A stretch of 32,000 nucleotides of DNA, from assembly GCF_900095195.1 (NCBI RefSeq), contig NZ_LT606950.1, positions 877,207-909,206 of the forward strand. The letters are read 5' to 3'. The translations under genes were made by a program, and so were the position numbers. The notes under the pieces were generated by a model, which made no database searches, had not been told where the DNA came from, and was given only the letters and a program-made list of their open reading frames with translations. Position 1 is the first letter of the stretch. Each line of letters opens with the position of its first letter. Source of the DNA: Polynucleobacter necessarius. GTDB taxonomy: Bacteria; Pseudomonadota; Gammaproteobacteria; Burkholderiales; Burkholderiaceae. Positions 1 through 10,543 of the stretch are shown in pieces.

Positions 1-301
1 CTGATTAATGCCTGAGACCACCAAATCGGGTTTCTCATCCAAGAATCCTGTCATGGCCACGTGGACACAATCGGTTGGCGTACCATTAATAAAGAAAAGC
101 CATCGCGCTCGCCGCCTGCAACCCGATGTATCGAGAGTGGTCGCGACAGCGTCAGGGAGTTGGATGCGCCACTGTGTTTTGCTCAGGCGCAATTACCGTT
201 ACGCGACCCAAGGGACGCACTGCATTCACGAGCGCCAGGATACCGGGTGCTAAATAGCCATCATCGTTCGAAACCAGGATATGGGGTTGACGATTACTCA
301 T
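1..301 (-). pseudogene. surE: 5'/3'-nucleotidase SurE, 5' part, frameshifted (continues past the left edge)
   Basis: Not in the ORF track. The reverse-strand ATG at 301-299 reads [42 protein letters not shown], the SurE N-terminus with its NDDG motif. Homology continues only after frame changes: [18 protein letters not shown] in a second frame, then [30 protein letters not shown] in a third. Confidence 0.8.
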
Positions 302-332
302 AACAGATGGCTTTCAGTGCGGTTTATTGAGC

Positions 333-2983
333 TCAGATTCTACTGGCTTGAGCTTGCGTTAATTCACGGCCACGGAACCAGCCATAAATAACCGGGAGCA
401 CTAAAAGCGTCAGAATGATCGTCGTTACCATGCCACCCACGATCACCAAAGCCAATGGGCGCTGCACCTCAGAACCAATCGAGTGGGACAAGGCGGCAGG
501 CAACAGACCTAAACCCGAGAGCGCAGCCGTCATGAGTGCCGGACGAACACGCAACGATGCGCCCTCTACCATGATGTCTTTCATCTCACCATGCTCGCTA
601 GCTGCAGTCTTATTAATGAAGGAGATCAAAATCACACCGTCCTGAATCGCAATGCCAAAAAGCGATAAAAAAACCAAAGAATGCCGAGACACTGAGGGTT
701 TCACCAGCGAGATGCAAGGCAATGACTCCGCCAATGGCTGCAAATGGCACATTGATCATCACAATAAAAGCGTCGCGGAAATTGCCGAAAGCGCTCACTA
801 GTAACAAGAAGATACCCAACAGCGCTAACGGTACGATCAACATTAATTTCTTTTGTGCCTGCTTCATCTGATTGAACCGGCCATCAAACGTCTTCTCATC
901 TTTGAGTAAGTTTGTCACCGCTGCGCCACCAATGGCATTCGCTACGACCGTCTGAATATCGTTCACATTGATGTTGTAGAGTGATGCACGCTCGCGATCA
1001 ATCTGAATATTCAAGGTGGGTTGACCCAATTCTTTCAAGATGCCTTCATCCACTACGCCACGCACTTTCTTGAGTTGCTCAATGTTGCTCAATCACCTCA
1101 TGCGCTTTTTGATCGAGCACCTCTAAGTCAGTACCGTAAATCTTGACCGAGTTCTCCCCCTTGACTCCAGAGAGTGCTTCATTGACGTTATCTTGGATGC
1201 ACTGAGAGAAGCTATAAGCAATCCTTGGAATCTTATTGAGCTCCGTCTCAAGGTGTGCAATCAGATCTTTCTTAGAAGATTCGCTGGGCATATTCTCGGG
1301 ACTCTTAAGGTATAAACCGTATTCCTGGTCAAACACCCCCGTCGAATCCGTGCGAGATCATTTGGACGTCCAATTTGGGCGGCAACCTTATCAATCTCCG
1401 GTTGCTTCATAAAAGTTTCGCGCAATTGATTGGCAATCTTGACCGAGTAACCGAGATCCACAGTATTTGGTAGCGTGACACGCAACCAAATATTATTCTC
1501 TTCTAAAGTCGGTAAGAACGCTGTTCCCAAGCGGGTCATACTGAGGAGAGTTAAGCCCAACACAAAGACTGCGACTGAGAAAATGGTTAATGGACGATCC
1601 ATCCAGCGTTTGAGGAGTGGCTTGTAGCTATCCAAAATCTTCGTAATAAAGGATGGGGTTTGTGATGCAGGTTCTCACCAAAAACCAATGAGATCATGTC
1701 CGGCAAGAACGTCAGACTGAGTACCATTGCGGCAATCAAAGCAAAGCCCATTGTAAATGCCGTCGGTTTAAAGATGATGCCTTCAACGCCACCCAAAAAG
1801 AACAAGGGCGAGTAAGCCACGATGATGATGCCAGTGGAGTACACCACAAATGCATCTGAATGAACGAAACGCACAATGCTAATGGAATGACAGCGGCCAC
1901 TACCGCAGCAGCCCGAATATTGCCCAAGAAGAAAAACAACACAGCCAACACCAACGAGATTCCAAAGAACAAGGTGTGTTTAACGGTACCAATCATCCAA
2001 GAGCACTTGGCGGTCATAAAACGGTTTTACCGCAACACCCGGCGGCAGAATATGTTTGTTAATGTTATCCACCGTATTGCGAACGCGTGCCAACACTTCG
2101 GCAGCATTCTCACCACGACGCAAGTACACAATGCCTTCTACAGCATCGGGATTGTCATTGAATTGGAACATCCCCAAACGTGGCGCGTTTCCAATTTGCA
2201 CCGTGGCGACATCGCCAATCCGAATAGGCACACCCTTGTTATTGGTAATAACTACTTGCTTAATGTCGTCAATGTTCTTTAGTAAACCAACGCCGCGCAC
2301 CACAAACTGCTTTCTCCGCTTGGTAACAAGCCGCTACCAGTATTGCTGTTGGCATTGGTTAACGCCAGAATTAATTCATTAATGGTGACGCCCTTCGCCT
2401 GCAAGCTTTCTGGGCTCACAATCACTTGATATTGGCGCACCTTACCGCCAAATGATGAGACATCCGCCCCCCCTGGGGTTTGCTTAAGCTCTTTGTATAT
2501 TTCGTAGTTTTGTAAAGTCTTGAGTAAGGTTGAGGTGGCGCACTCTGAGCGCACCTCATAACGTATGATCTCACCAGTAGCATCCGAGTCCGGACTGATG
2601 CTGGATGTGACGCCCGGAGGGAAGCTCACATTTTGAAGGTTTGCGATAAAAATTTGGCGTGCCTTGAAGGGATCCGCTGATTCGTTGAACTTGAGCGTGA
2701 CAACAGACAGACCAAATAGTGACACCGAGCGAAATGCTTGAAGGCCAGGAATACCAGCCAATGCGTTTTCAACAGGGATGGTGACTTGCTGCTCGACCTC
2801 GGTTGTACTTCTACCGGGCCATTGTGAAATTGCTTGAATCGTCAGTGGCGCTACACCAGGATAGGGCTGAATGGGTAACTTGCTCAAACTGAACATGCCC
2901 AGACCCAAGAGCACGATCGACGCAAAAATGACAAGCACGCGCTTCTCAACGACCCCTCGAATAAAGGAGGTGAAAGCGCTCAC
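333..2983 (-). pseudogene. CusA/CzcA-family RND efflux permease, multiply frameshifted with an internal deletion
   Basis: Eight overlapping minus-strand ORF fragments read colinearly as one RND permease: 2279-2983, 1980-2303, 1736-2017, 1587-1874, 1261-1635, 1079-1336, 613-1092 and 333-752. They run from MSAFTSFIRGVVEKRVLV...PIQPYPGVAP...GLSVVTLKF to ...GSEVQRPLALVIVGGMVTTIILTLLVLPVIYGWF. One example frame change lies near 2316-2322 (LLPSGE | QFVVRGVGLLKN). The 2651-nt span is well short of the roughly 1050-aa family norm. An apparent deletion junction lies near 880-886 (DEKTFD | GRFNQMKQAQKKLMLIVP). Confidence 0.9.
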
Positions 2984-2987
2984 TTAG

Positions 2988-4253
2988 TCATCCTGCTTCG
3001 CAAAGCGGTCGTTTAACAATACTGCGCCCTCTGCCAAGACCTGCCACCTGCTCGACCCCTTCAGTGATGGCAAAAGCCTTACTGTTGAGGTCATACCCTT
3101 TAACAGGCACACGGCGGAATGTATCGGGACCTATCTTAATAATCGCAAGGCGGTTCTCACGCACACGCACAATGGCTGATTGCGGAACAACCACAGCATC
3201 TGCTTGACCCGTAGTCAACAAACCCGAGGCATACATGTCGGGGCGCAACAAATCATCGGTGTTATCAACATCCGCACGAATTAACAAAGCGCTGGTTTGT
3301 GGATCAATTGTTGGTGCAATGTAATTAGCGTAGGCAACGAACTCTTTCTCTGGATACGCCTCTAAGCGCCAGGTCATTTTCTGCCTTTGTTTAATCATCC
3401 GAAAGTCTTGTTCAACAACATTGCCTAAGAACCAAAGATGTTTGGGATCGGCCAATGTGGCAATCACGTCACCCGAACTCACAGCAGAACCTGGTTCGAC
3501 ATTCCGTTTCACCACCACGCCTTTTAAGGGCGAGCGCATGATTAAGTTACTGGTTGTCTTACCGGAGGTTTCAATGCTCTTAATATCGCCCTCGCCTGCG
3601 CCAAGATTGCGCATACGATTAGCAGCCGCCTGTTGCGTGATACGCGCATCGCCCAACAAATCACTCATGGTCTTACTGGTCTCGAGTACTTTAGCGGTTT
3701 TCGATGAAAGCAAATACTCTTGCTGTGCGGAGAGAAACTCAGGGCTGTAGAGCTCTACAATAGGTGAACCAATTTCCACTAATGCGCCATCAAACGCGTA
3801 AATGCGCTCCACTCTGCCAGGTGCACGTGCGGACAGCACTTTGGATTTTTCTGCGTTGAAAGCCAAACGCCCAGGGACCTTAATGTTTACTGGAACTTGT
3901 ACTTTTTCGGCAGCTTGAAAAACATAAATTTCCGGATTGAGATTAATACCAGGTAACTTCAATTCCAAGACGCCCGTTTTCTCAACCTTAAGCGCTTTAT
4001 CCGATGCCTCAATTTTCACAGCGCGGTTAACGTTGGTTAAGCGCCCCACCACAATACCGACCGACAAAATCGCAAAGGCAAACGCGGCCAGACGCACTCG
4101 GTGGCGATTTTGCGGTGTCAAATTCCAATACAAGCCAGCTAAACCTGCGGCAGTCGCTTTTGCATGATGTGCACCGTGCTCAGCGCCCTTATGCAAAATC
4201 GGCTTTGCCTTTTCAAACCAGCGTTTTAGAAACGACCAAATTTTGTCTATCAA
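2988..4253 (-). CDS. RND efflux periplasmic adaptor (membrane fusion protein, HlyD/CzcB family), long ORF with a probable C-terminal frameshift
   Basis: A 421-aa ORF with a TTG start preceded by AAGGAG. It has an N-terminal TM segment followed by typical lipoyl/beta-barrel adaptor text (VPGRLAFNAEKSKVLSARAPGRVERIYAFDGALVEIGSPIVELYSPEFLSAQQEYL). The last ~20 residues (AGLGRGRSIVKRPLCEAG) look unnatural. The neighbouring frame reads AEGAVLLNDRFAKQDD and stops at 2986-2984, directly abutting the permease GTG at 2983. Confidence 0.85.
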   Translation of the reverse strand: MIDKIWSFLKRWFEKAKPILHKGAEHGAHHAKATAAGLAGLYWNLTPQNRHRVRLAAFAFAILSVGIVVGRLTNVNRAVKIEASDKALKVEKTGVLELKLPGINLNPEIYVFQAAEKVQVPVNIKVPGRLAFNAEKSKVLSARAPGRVERIYAFDGALVEIGSPIVELYSPEFLSAQQEYLLSSKTAKVLETSKTMSDLLGDARITQQAAANRMRNLGAGEGDIKSIETSGKTTSNLIMRSPLKGVVVKRNVEPGSAVSSGDVIATLADPKHLWFLGNVVEQDFRMIKQRQKMTWRLEAYPEKEFVAYANYIAPTIDPQTSALLIRADVDNTDDLLRPDMYASGLLTTGQADAVVVPQSAIVRVRENRLAIIKIGPDTFRRVPVKGYDLNSKAFAITEGVEQVAGLGRGRSIVKRPLCEAG

Positions 4254-4262
4254 CGCTACTCC

Positions 4263-5520
4263 TTAAAAAGGCTCTTTGCCTGCTGAAACCATTAATACTG
4301 CTTGCGGCTGCAACAAATTACTTTCTGCTTGTGCTAGCGATATCTCTAAGTTACGCAATTGGGTTTGCGCAGTCAATAAATCATTAAATCCCTGACCATT
4401 ATTCGAGTACTGGTCAGACCAACCTTATACGCTGCATCCGCTTGCGGAACTTGGCGCTCTCGCAGAAACGTTGCTGCTGTTTTAGCTTGCTGATACGTCG
4501 CATATGCTGAATTCACGGCAAGCACTACTTGCTGTCGATTGGAAATTTCGTTTGCTTCCGTGCGTTGTTTTATCAGTTTGAGTTGGATCTCATTGTTCCG
4601 TTGTTTTACCAAGGAAAAGTATGGAGTAGAGCAGGCGCAACGCAATCAAGCATCTGCGGAAGTTAGAAGCGAAGGGGCCACGCAGCGTGTAGGAAGAACC
4701 AATCACCTGAAAATCCGGCAAGTATGCTTTCTTGGCTAAGGTCACGCCTTTGCGCGCAGCATCCAACTGCAAGGCAGAACTTTTTAAACTGGGATGACTG
4801 GATTCGGCATAGTCCTCGAGCTCCACCAACGTTGGCACTGCACTCATGGAGCGCGGATATCCCCTTTCAGAATCAGTTTTTCGCGCGAGTGACGACCAAT
4901 CAGGGTATTAATATTTTTAATGCCCACTTCAGGCTGACGCTCTAAGTTAAATTGATCGGCTTCTGCTGCGCTTTGCGCTACTTGCGCATTGAGGTATTCC
5001 ACATAGGCAGCAGCGTTGTTGGCGTAGCGGGCTTTGGCTACGTTCTTGATCATCTCTAAACGCACTACGGACTCTTTGAGTACCTGCGACTGTTTTTGCG
5101 TTGCCAGCGTATTGTAGTAGAGAGTCGAGAGCTGAGCGCCTAACTGTAAGTAGGTAGACTTCGAGTTTGCTAATAATGCTTCTGCGTTGGTATCGGCAAT
5201 ATCGGCCGCTAAGCTTTTCTTGCCTGGGAACTGAAACGGCTGAGCAAAATTGACGCAGATCCATTTCAACTGGACCCGATGGCGCACTCTTAACAAAATT
5301 TTTGGGCGTATTCGCTTTAGTAACGGGCGCAAATAATTCGGCTGCTTTGCTGGGCTTATCTTGCGCACTCAGTTGAGCACCAATCGATGGCGGCGCAGCT
5401 AACAATGCATCACTGGTTTGCACGGTCACACTGGCGGGAGGCGTGTTGTTCGCAGCAGACTAGGCGAGCACATTAAAAGCAAGGGAAGCGAAGACCAAAT
5501 GGCTAACCCCTTTCAAGATG
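4263..5520 (-). pseudogene. Outer-membrane efflux factor (TolC/CzcC family), frameshifted with an in-frame stop
   Basis: Minus-strand fragments 4947-5429, 4844-5368, 4590-4847 and 4373-4645, plus a tail ending DLLTAQTQLRNLEISLAQAESNLLQPQAVLMVSAGKEPF* (TAA at 4265-4263), carry TolC-family repeat text (LGAQLSTLYYNTLATQKQSQVLKESVVRLEMIKNVAKARYANNAAAYVEYLNAQV). The signal-peptide region reads ...VFASLAFNVLA*SAANN, with an in-frame TAG. The 5' boundary is approximate. Confidence 0.8.
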
Positions 5521-5741
5521 TCTGATGCGCTAATTGTGCGTGTGCCGAGAATGAACAAAGGCGGCTGCCTCTAAATCAATAATGCTGTTTTTATAGCCCC
5601 TGAAACAGGTTTTGGTCTAACCAACGCCAATTACAGGGGATTTTAAGGATTGTATGGTAGAAAACGCAAATGTCGAATTATTGACGCCTCCTATCTTATT
5701 GATTCTAAAGATAATAATTAGAGCAATAGGCTGCCAAGCCC

Positions 5742-7155
5742 TTAAAACTCGGCATGAACCCGAAATGAGGCGATGTTTACCGGCCCACGAGCAGAGTTAT
5801 AGGCAGGATTATTGATGTGCTGAAAGTTCACACCCAACAAGACATTTTTGACTAGCAAGGCGTTGTAGCAAATCTCGCCCACCCGCTCTGGTCGGTAGTT
5901 AATGGTTTGACCGGGCCCAGCGTGAGGGCTAGGTGTATCACCAATGAAATAGGAAATGCCACCTGCTTGGAGGTAGTTGCGTCGAAAGCTCGACAGTCCG
6001 TTTTGCATCATTGAAATACCAATCGTGTCAAACGGTCTAGTCCAACCGGCACCATTCAAACTCATGCCCACTGAAATGGAATTATCTGCTTCCGCAAACG
6101 ACATTGTCTCGGTATGACCATCCGAGGTGAAGGCACGACCATAGATGCCCAAGGTTTTTGTCAGGGCTTGTTCGCCATTAATGCCAATACCAGTTTTGTA
6201 TTGGTAGTTGTTGCGCACATTGTTAATCGCTTGCGTACCTTGCGCGTTATTCGCAATCAGATAATTCGTAGCATCTTGGAAACGCACCAAGATCATCTTA
6301 TTACGATAGGCCAGAACACTCACCTTGCCTGGAAGGTCGCCAATAGTATGTTGACGCTCTACTTCAAATTGATCGCCATAGGCATTAAAAATTTGCCAGT
6401 TCAAATTGAGACCATTAGGAGTCTTCGGGGTGATCATGCGCGAGGCACGTAACACCCAATTATCAAGATACCACTCGCCCGCCAAGCCCCAGCTGTAGCC
6501 GCGAGCATCAGCAGCATAGTCATACGCCAGATAGGTCATATTGCCCCAGCTCATAAACTGAATGCAAGGGTCTTTGGCATATTTGCTGTCGTCAAAAATA
6601 TCCAAAGTCGAAAACTGGCCTGCAGTCAGCACCACACGATTGCTATTCACCGTTTGAGTAATTTGATTAGCATCGTTTTCGAGGACAACCTTGTCGCCTT
6701 CTTGATTAAAGGTCTGACGTAAAAATGCGCGCGCTGAGTAAAACTTCGCTTGCGCACCATTGGTTTTCGTTGCCTCGCCGTTAGTAAATCCACCCAAACC
6801 AACCAAGCCGGAAAATGGTACGCACGACACGACCTCGGGATTGAAATAAATATCGGTATTTGGTGCTAAGCGTGCGCCAAAAAACAAAGTGCAGACCAGG
6901 TGTAGCTCATCGCTTTCTGCGCTGAGAGACTATTTAGCCCAGAGTAGCTAGATGTGAAATTGTTGTAACGCTGATTAATGTAAGTGGTTTGACATGCACG
7001 TTCACCGGCAAACCCAAGAACTCACCTTCCGTTGGTAGCCAATCTAAATCATTGGCAAAACTGGCAATTTGGTCAGCACCCGAACCTGCCCTTTGCGCAT
7101 GCGCAAAAGCAGTAAACAGACTTAGCAGGAGAATGAGCAGTAATTTGCGAGTCAT
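5742..7155 (-). pseudogene. OprB-family (carbohydrate-selective type) outer-membrane porin, frameshifted near the 5' end
   Basis: The ORF at 6934-7155 supplies a signal peptide (MTRKLLLILLLSLFTAFAHAQ...). The ORF at 5742-6887 supplies a beta-barrel body ending ...NIASFRVHAEF, with the terminal Phe. The two are joined only through a third frame across 6888-6960 (TYINQRYNNFTSSYSGLNSLSAQKAMSYTWSA). The family assignment is from memory of OprB-like sequences. Confidence 0.7.
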
Positions 7156-7389
7156 TCACGATTTCGGATTAGGTTGCCGAGTCAGTTACTAACTCTATAA
7201 AGGCAACAAATTGATGGGAACCTCAGGCACCTCACGACTTAGGATTGAAGCCCAAGGGTGGTGCAGCCCAAATTATCCCCAAGAAGAGGCAATTTACCTA
7301 GTATTTATGTCGGAAGAATGACAGAACTTCGAGGAACGGGCATCAGACTGTGCCGCTACTACAACTAAAGCTGCCAAACTCGATGAAGA

Positions 7390-8004
7390 TTAACGACGAT
7401 CCATTAAAGCCCTAGCCAATGTGCCTGCATCGACATACTCGAGCTCACCGCCCACTGGAATACCTCTGGCGATTCGGGTGACCTTGATGCCTTTAGCTTT
7501 AAACACTTCGCCGATGTAATGGGCAGTAGCCTCACCTTCGCTCGTAAAGTTCGTAGCCAATACCACCTCCCGAATGGGTACACCCTTGTCAGCATTTTCA
7601 ATGCGCGTGAGTAAACGATCAAAATGAATTTCATTCGGACCCATGCCATCGAGTGGCGAAATGCGCCCCATCAGCACAAAATAGTTACCTTTAAAGCTGA
7701 GGGTTTGCTCCACCATCACTTGATCGGCAGGTGTCTCCACAATGCACAGCAGTGATGGATCACGGCGCCCGTCCGCGCAGGTATTGCAAATTTGTGTTTC
7801 GGAGAATGTATTGCAACGAGCGCAATGACCTACAGTTTCCACTGCCTCACCCAGGGACTGCGCCAGTACAGCCGCGCCATTACGGTCATGTTGCAATAAA
7901 TAAAACGCCATGCGTTGCGCAGACTTCGGACCCACTCCCGGCAATACCCGCAAGGCCTCAATTAATCGACCGAGTGCATCTTGCGGTGCTTCGTGACGTG
8001 CCAT
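7390..8004 (-). CDS. recR: Recombination protein RecR
   Basis: An intact 204-aa ORF with the HhH motif [17 protein letters not shown], the C4 zinc finger [16 protein letters not shown] and a Toprim region. Confidence 0.97.
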   Translation of the reverse strand: MARHEAPQDALGRLIEALRVLPGVGPKSAQRMAFYLLQHDRNGAAVLAQSLGEAVETVGHCARCNTFSETQICNTCADGRRDPSLLCIVETPADQVMVEQTLSFKGNYFVLMGRISPLDGMGPNEIHFDRLLTRIENADKGVPIREVVLATNFTSEGEATAHYIGEVFKAKGIKVTRIARGIPVGGELEYVDAGTLARALMDRR

Positions 8005-8045
8005 GAATGTAAGGAGCTAAATGAAAAAGTAAAAGTGAAAGTAAT

Positions 8046-8369
8046 TTAGAGCGGTAACTTAAAGCCAGGGGGCATCGGCATGCCCGCAGTAGCTCCCGAC
8101 ATCAATTGGCTACTTGCCGCTTCCACTTGTTTAAAGGCCTCAGTATATGCAGTGACGATGAGATCTTCTAGCATCTCGCGATCATCCATCGCGCCCGGAT
8201 CAATTTGCACGCGCTTGAGTTCAAATTTGCCAGAAACGGTAACTTTGACCAAACCACCAGCGGCTTGACCGGTGACTTCTAACGCAGCCAATTGGGCTTG
8301 CGCGGTTTTCATTTTCTCTTGCATCTGCTGCGCCTGTTTCATGAGGCCAGCTAGTCCACCTTTCATCAT
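8046..8369 (-). CDS. ybaB: Nucleoid-associated protein YbaB/EbfC
   Basis: A 107-aa ORF ([21 protein letters not shown]...[21 protein letters not shown]) in the conserved position between dnaX and recR. Confidence 0.95.
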   Translation of the reverse strand: MMKGGLAGLMKQAQQMQEKMKTAQAQLAALEVTGQAAGGLVKVTVSGKFELKRVQIDPGAMDDREMLEDLIVTAYTEAFKQVEAASSQLMSGATAGMPMPPGFKLPL

Positions 8370-8425
8370 TGCTTCGTTTCCTTCTGATGTGTTTTTATGG
8401 AAATTATTAAATCATCTAAACCGAC

Positions 8426-10105
8426 TTAGAGCGGCTTGACTGAGCCACCAACCACTTTGGCGCCAAACTCTTTTTCCAATTGCTGAATAAAGGGATCGGC
8501 TGCAATCAATTGCTCTGCATTTAAGCGCTTCTCTCGATGAATCTGCGCATCAACTTTAGCAACGGTCTTGCCTTCTACTTCGCCCTTCTCCACCGCCAAT
8601 TTGACAGTCTTACCAAAATAGTTGGTTAATGCTTCGGCTAAGCGCGCAATTGACGCTTCCGAAGCGAGTTGGGGCATGGGCGTCACGATCGTCGCTTTCA
8701 CACCCATTGGAGAATCATTCCAATCTTGCAACTCGGTTTGATGGGCTAACTGTTGCACTAGACCACGCACTGGCAATTGACGCATGAGGCCATGCCAATC
8801 AGGGCGCTCCACTGGACCCGCATTAACTGGTGTCGATTTTGCAGGCATTGGGGCGGATGCTGGTGCTGGCGCAGTAGCTTTGGCACTCGGCGCTGGAGAA
8901 GCTGCGCGATTGGCTGGCGTGGGTGCCGATGCCGCAGCCGCTGGACGGGCAGTATTTACTGGTGGCGCCGATGGTGCTGGTGTTGAACTGGAAGCTGAAC
9001 CTGGACGAAACGCCAACATGCGCAGCAAGGTCATTGCAAAACCGGTTTGCTCATCGGGCGCAAGGGATAAATCGGGGCGGCTCGTAATCGTAATTTGATA
9101 AAAGAGTTGCGCCTCTTCTTTGGAAAGCTCGCTCGCTAAGCGACGAATCTCCGCCGCTTCTGGCCAATCATCCAATACGGATTCGGGTACGACTTGTGCT
9201 GCAGCAATCTTTTGCAACAAACTAGATAAATCTTGTAAGGCAAGTAAGAACGACATACTGCGCTCACCCATTTCATTGGCAACTGCTAAAAGACTTTTGC
9301 CATCTTTGGCGATCAAACAATCCAGAATGCGCACTAAATAGGCATCATCTAAAGTTCCGAGCATGCCACGCACCGATTCTTCGGTTACCTTTCCGGCAGC
9401 ATAAGCAATCGCTTGGTCAGTTAATGAGAGCGCATCGCGCATTGAGCCTTGGGCGGCTTTTGCAAGAACACGCAAGGCATTGACTTCGTACGCCACTTTT
9501 TCAGCGGCAAGCACCTTTTCTAAATGCTCAACGATGAGGGGTACCGGCATTTGCTTGAGATTGAACTGCAAGCAACGCGACAAAATCGTAACGGGTATCT
9601 TTTGCGGATCGGTGGTTGCCAGAATAAATTTAACGTGCTCTGGTGGCTCTTCCAATGTTTTGAGCATGGCATTAAAGGCATGATTCGTGAGCATGTGCAC
9701 CTCGTCAATCATGTACACCTTATAGCGACCATTGCTTGGTGCGTATGCCGCTTTCTCCAATAAAGAGGCAATGTCATCAACACCACGATTACTAGCGGCG
9801 TCCATCTCAATGTAATCGACAAAACGACCCGCATCGATTTCCATACAGGCGGGGCATTTTCCACAGGGCTCTGAAGTCATCTTGCCAGAACCATCAGCAC
9901 CAGTGCAATTGAGTGCTTTGGCCATGATTCGAGAAATCGTGGTCTTACCAACGCCTCGAGTACCTGTAAATAGCCACGCATGGTGTAAGCGACCCTGATC
10001 CAAAGCATGGATTAAGGCCTTGACCACATGGTCTTGTCCAATTAACTCATAGAATGTTTTGGGGCGCCACGAACGGGCTAATGCTAAAGCGGTCATAAAT
10101 TCCAT
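8426..10105 (-). CDS. dnaX: DNA polymerase III subunit gamma/tau
   Basis: A 559-aa ORF with Walker A GTRGVGKTT, the zinc module CGKCPAC, SRC-type clamp-loader motifs and a Pro/Ala-rich linker (about 8780-9000). The alternative start at ATG 10096 (MTALALARSWRPKTF) fits family N-termini better than ATG 10105. Confidence 0.97.
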   Translation of the reverse strand: MEFMTALALARSWRPKTFYELIGQDHVVKALIHALDQGRLHHAWLFTGTRGVGKTTISRIMAKALNCTGADGSGKMTSEPCGKCPACMEIDAGRFVDYIEMDAASNRGVDDIASLLEKAAYAPSNGRYKVYMIDEVHMLTNHAFNAMLKTLEEPPEHVKFILATTDPQKIPVTILSRCLQFNLKQMPVPLIVEHLEKVLAAEKVAYEVNALRVLAKAAQGSMRDALSLTDQAIAYAAGKVTEESVRGMLGTLDDAYLVRILDCLIAKDGKSLLAVANEMGERSMSFLLALQDLSSLLQKIAAAQVVPESVLDDWPEAAEIRRLASELSKEEAQLFYQITITSRPDLSLAPDEQTGFAMTLLRMLAFRPGSASSSTPAPSAPPVNTARPAAAASAPTPANRAASPAPSAKATAPAPASAPMPAKSTPVNAGPVERPDWHGLMRQLPVRGLVQQLAHQTELQDWNDSPMGVKATIVTPMPQLASEASIARLAEALTNYFGKTVKLAVEKGEVEGKTVAKVDAQIHREKRLNAEQLIAADPFIQQLEKEFGAKVVGGSVKPL

Positions 10106-10127
10106 TTTAACAAGCTAAAATGGAATT
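10098..10127. repeat. Perfect 12-bp inverted repeat AATTCCATTTTA-N6-TAAAATGGAATT spanning the dnaX initiation region
   Basis: Read directly: 10098-10109 aattccatttta, loop acaagc, 10116-10127 taaaatggaatt. ATG 10105 lies inside one arm and ATG 10096 lies 1 nt outside the repeat. Function is unknown. Confidence 0.6.
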
Positions 10128-10229
10128 GGATGGGCCTCCCCGCATGGTGGGTTGGATAACCTGGTCAGGTCGGGAACGAAGCAGCCAAACCCAATTTCTG
10201 CCAGTGCCGGGGGTTTGGCTCATCCACCC
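10127..10229 (+). ncRNA. ffs: Signal recognition particle RNA (4.5S-type)
   Basis: The plus strand carries CTGGTCAGGTCGGGAACGAAGCAGCCAAACC. This matches the conserved domain IV of bacterial SRP RNA (E. coli GGUCAGGUCCGGAAGGAAGCAGCC), with a GGAA tetraloop closed by G-C. A downstream GCCGGGG and terminal GGTGG/CCACC pairing close the helix. The ends are approximate. Confidence 0.8.
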
Positions 10230-10507
10230 TAACCCAATTTCGATTCCATTAGCGTTGCCTTATTAGCAACGAATGTTGCCTCCAATGCAACATTTAATTT
10301 TCCTAAAATATCCTCAAAATCCGGAAGATGCCCCAAATCATCCAAATGATGAGCAAAACGACGACGGTTCTTACGTCTAACTGAATCTTGAAAAGACACA
10401 ATGCCTTATGGGTGCACTCGACAGAGACTTGCAAACCAAACCCTCCTCTATATAGAAAGATTCAGCGTAGTGATTTCAATAGGAAATCAATAGAGGCGAT
10501 GTATGAA

Positions 10508-10543
10508 ATGAATGTAGGAAAAGATTTTCTTTCCTACATTCAT
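10508..10543. repeat. Perfect 14-bp inverted repeat (ATGAATGTAGGAAA-N8-TTTCCTACATTCAT) in non-coding DNA
   Basis: Read directly from the sequence. It is AT-rich and has no adjacent T-run on either strand, so it is not a classical terminator. Confidence 0.6.

Noticed and set aside
8-303. Two plus-strand ORFs (81 and 80 aa) at the left edge
   Set aside because: They have no recognisable protein features (Arg/Ser/Cys-rich). They lie antisense to clearly recognisable, though frameshifted, SurE coding text.
8777-9098. Plus-strand ORFs of 69 and 104 aa that are Gly/Ala/Arg/Trp/Cys-rich
   Set aside because: They are mirror-image artefacts of the GC-rich Pro/Ala linker codons of dnaX on the opposite strand.
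8426-10105. Possible programmed -1 frameshift site in dnaX (gamma subunit, as in E. coli)
   Set aside because: I found no A-AAA-AAG-type slippery heptamer in the sense strand. There are only GAAAAAG strings in the wrong register (e.g. GCT GAA AAA GTG near 9490).
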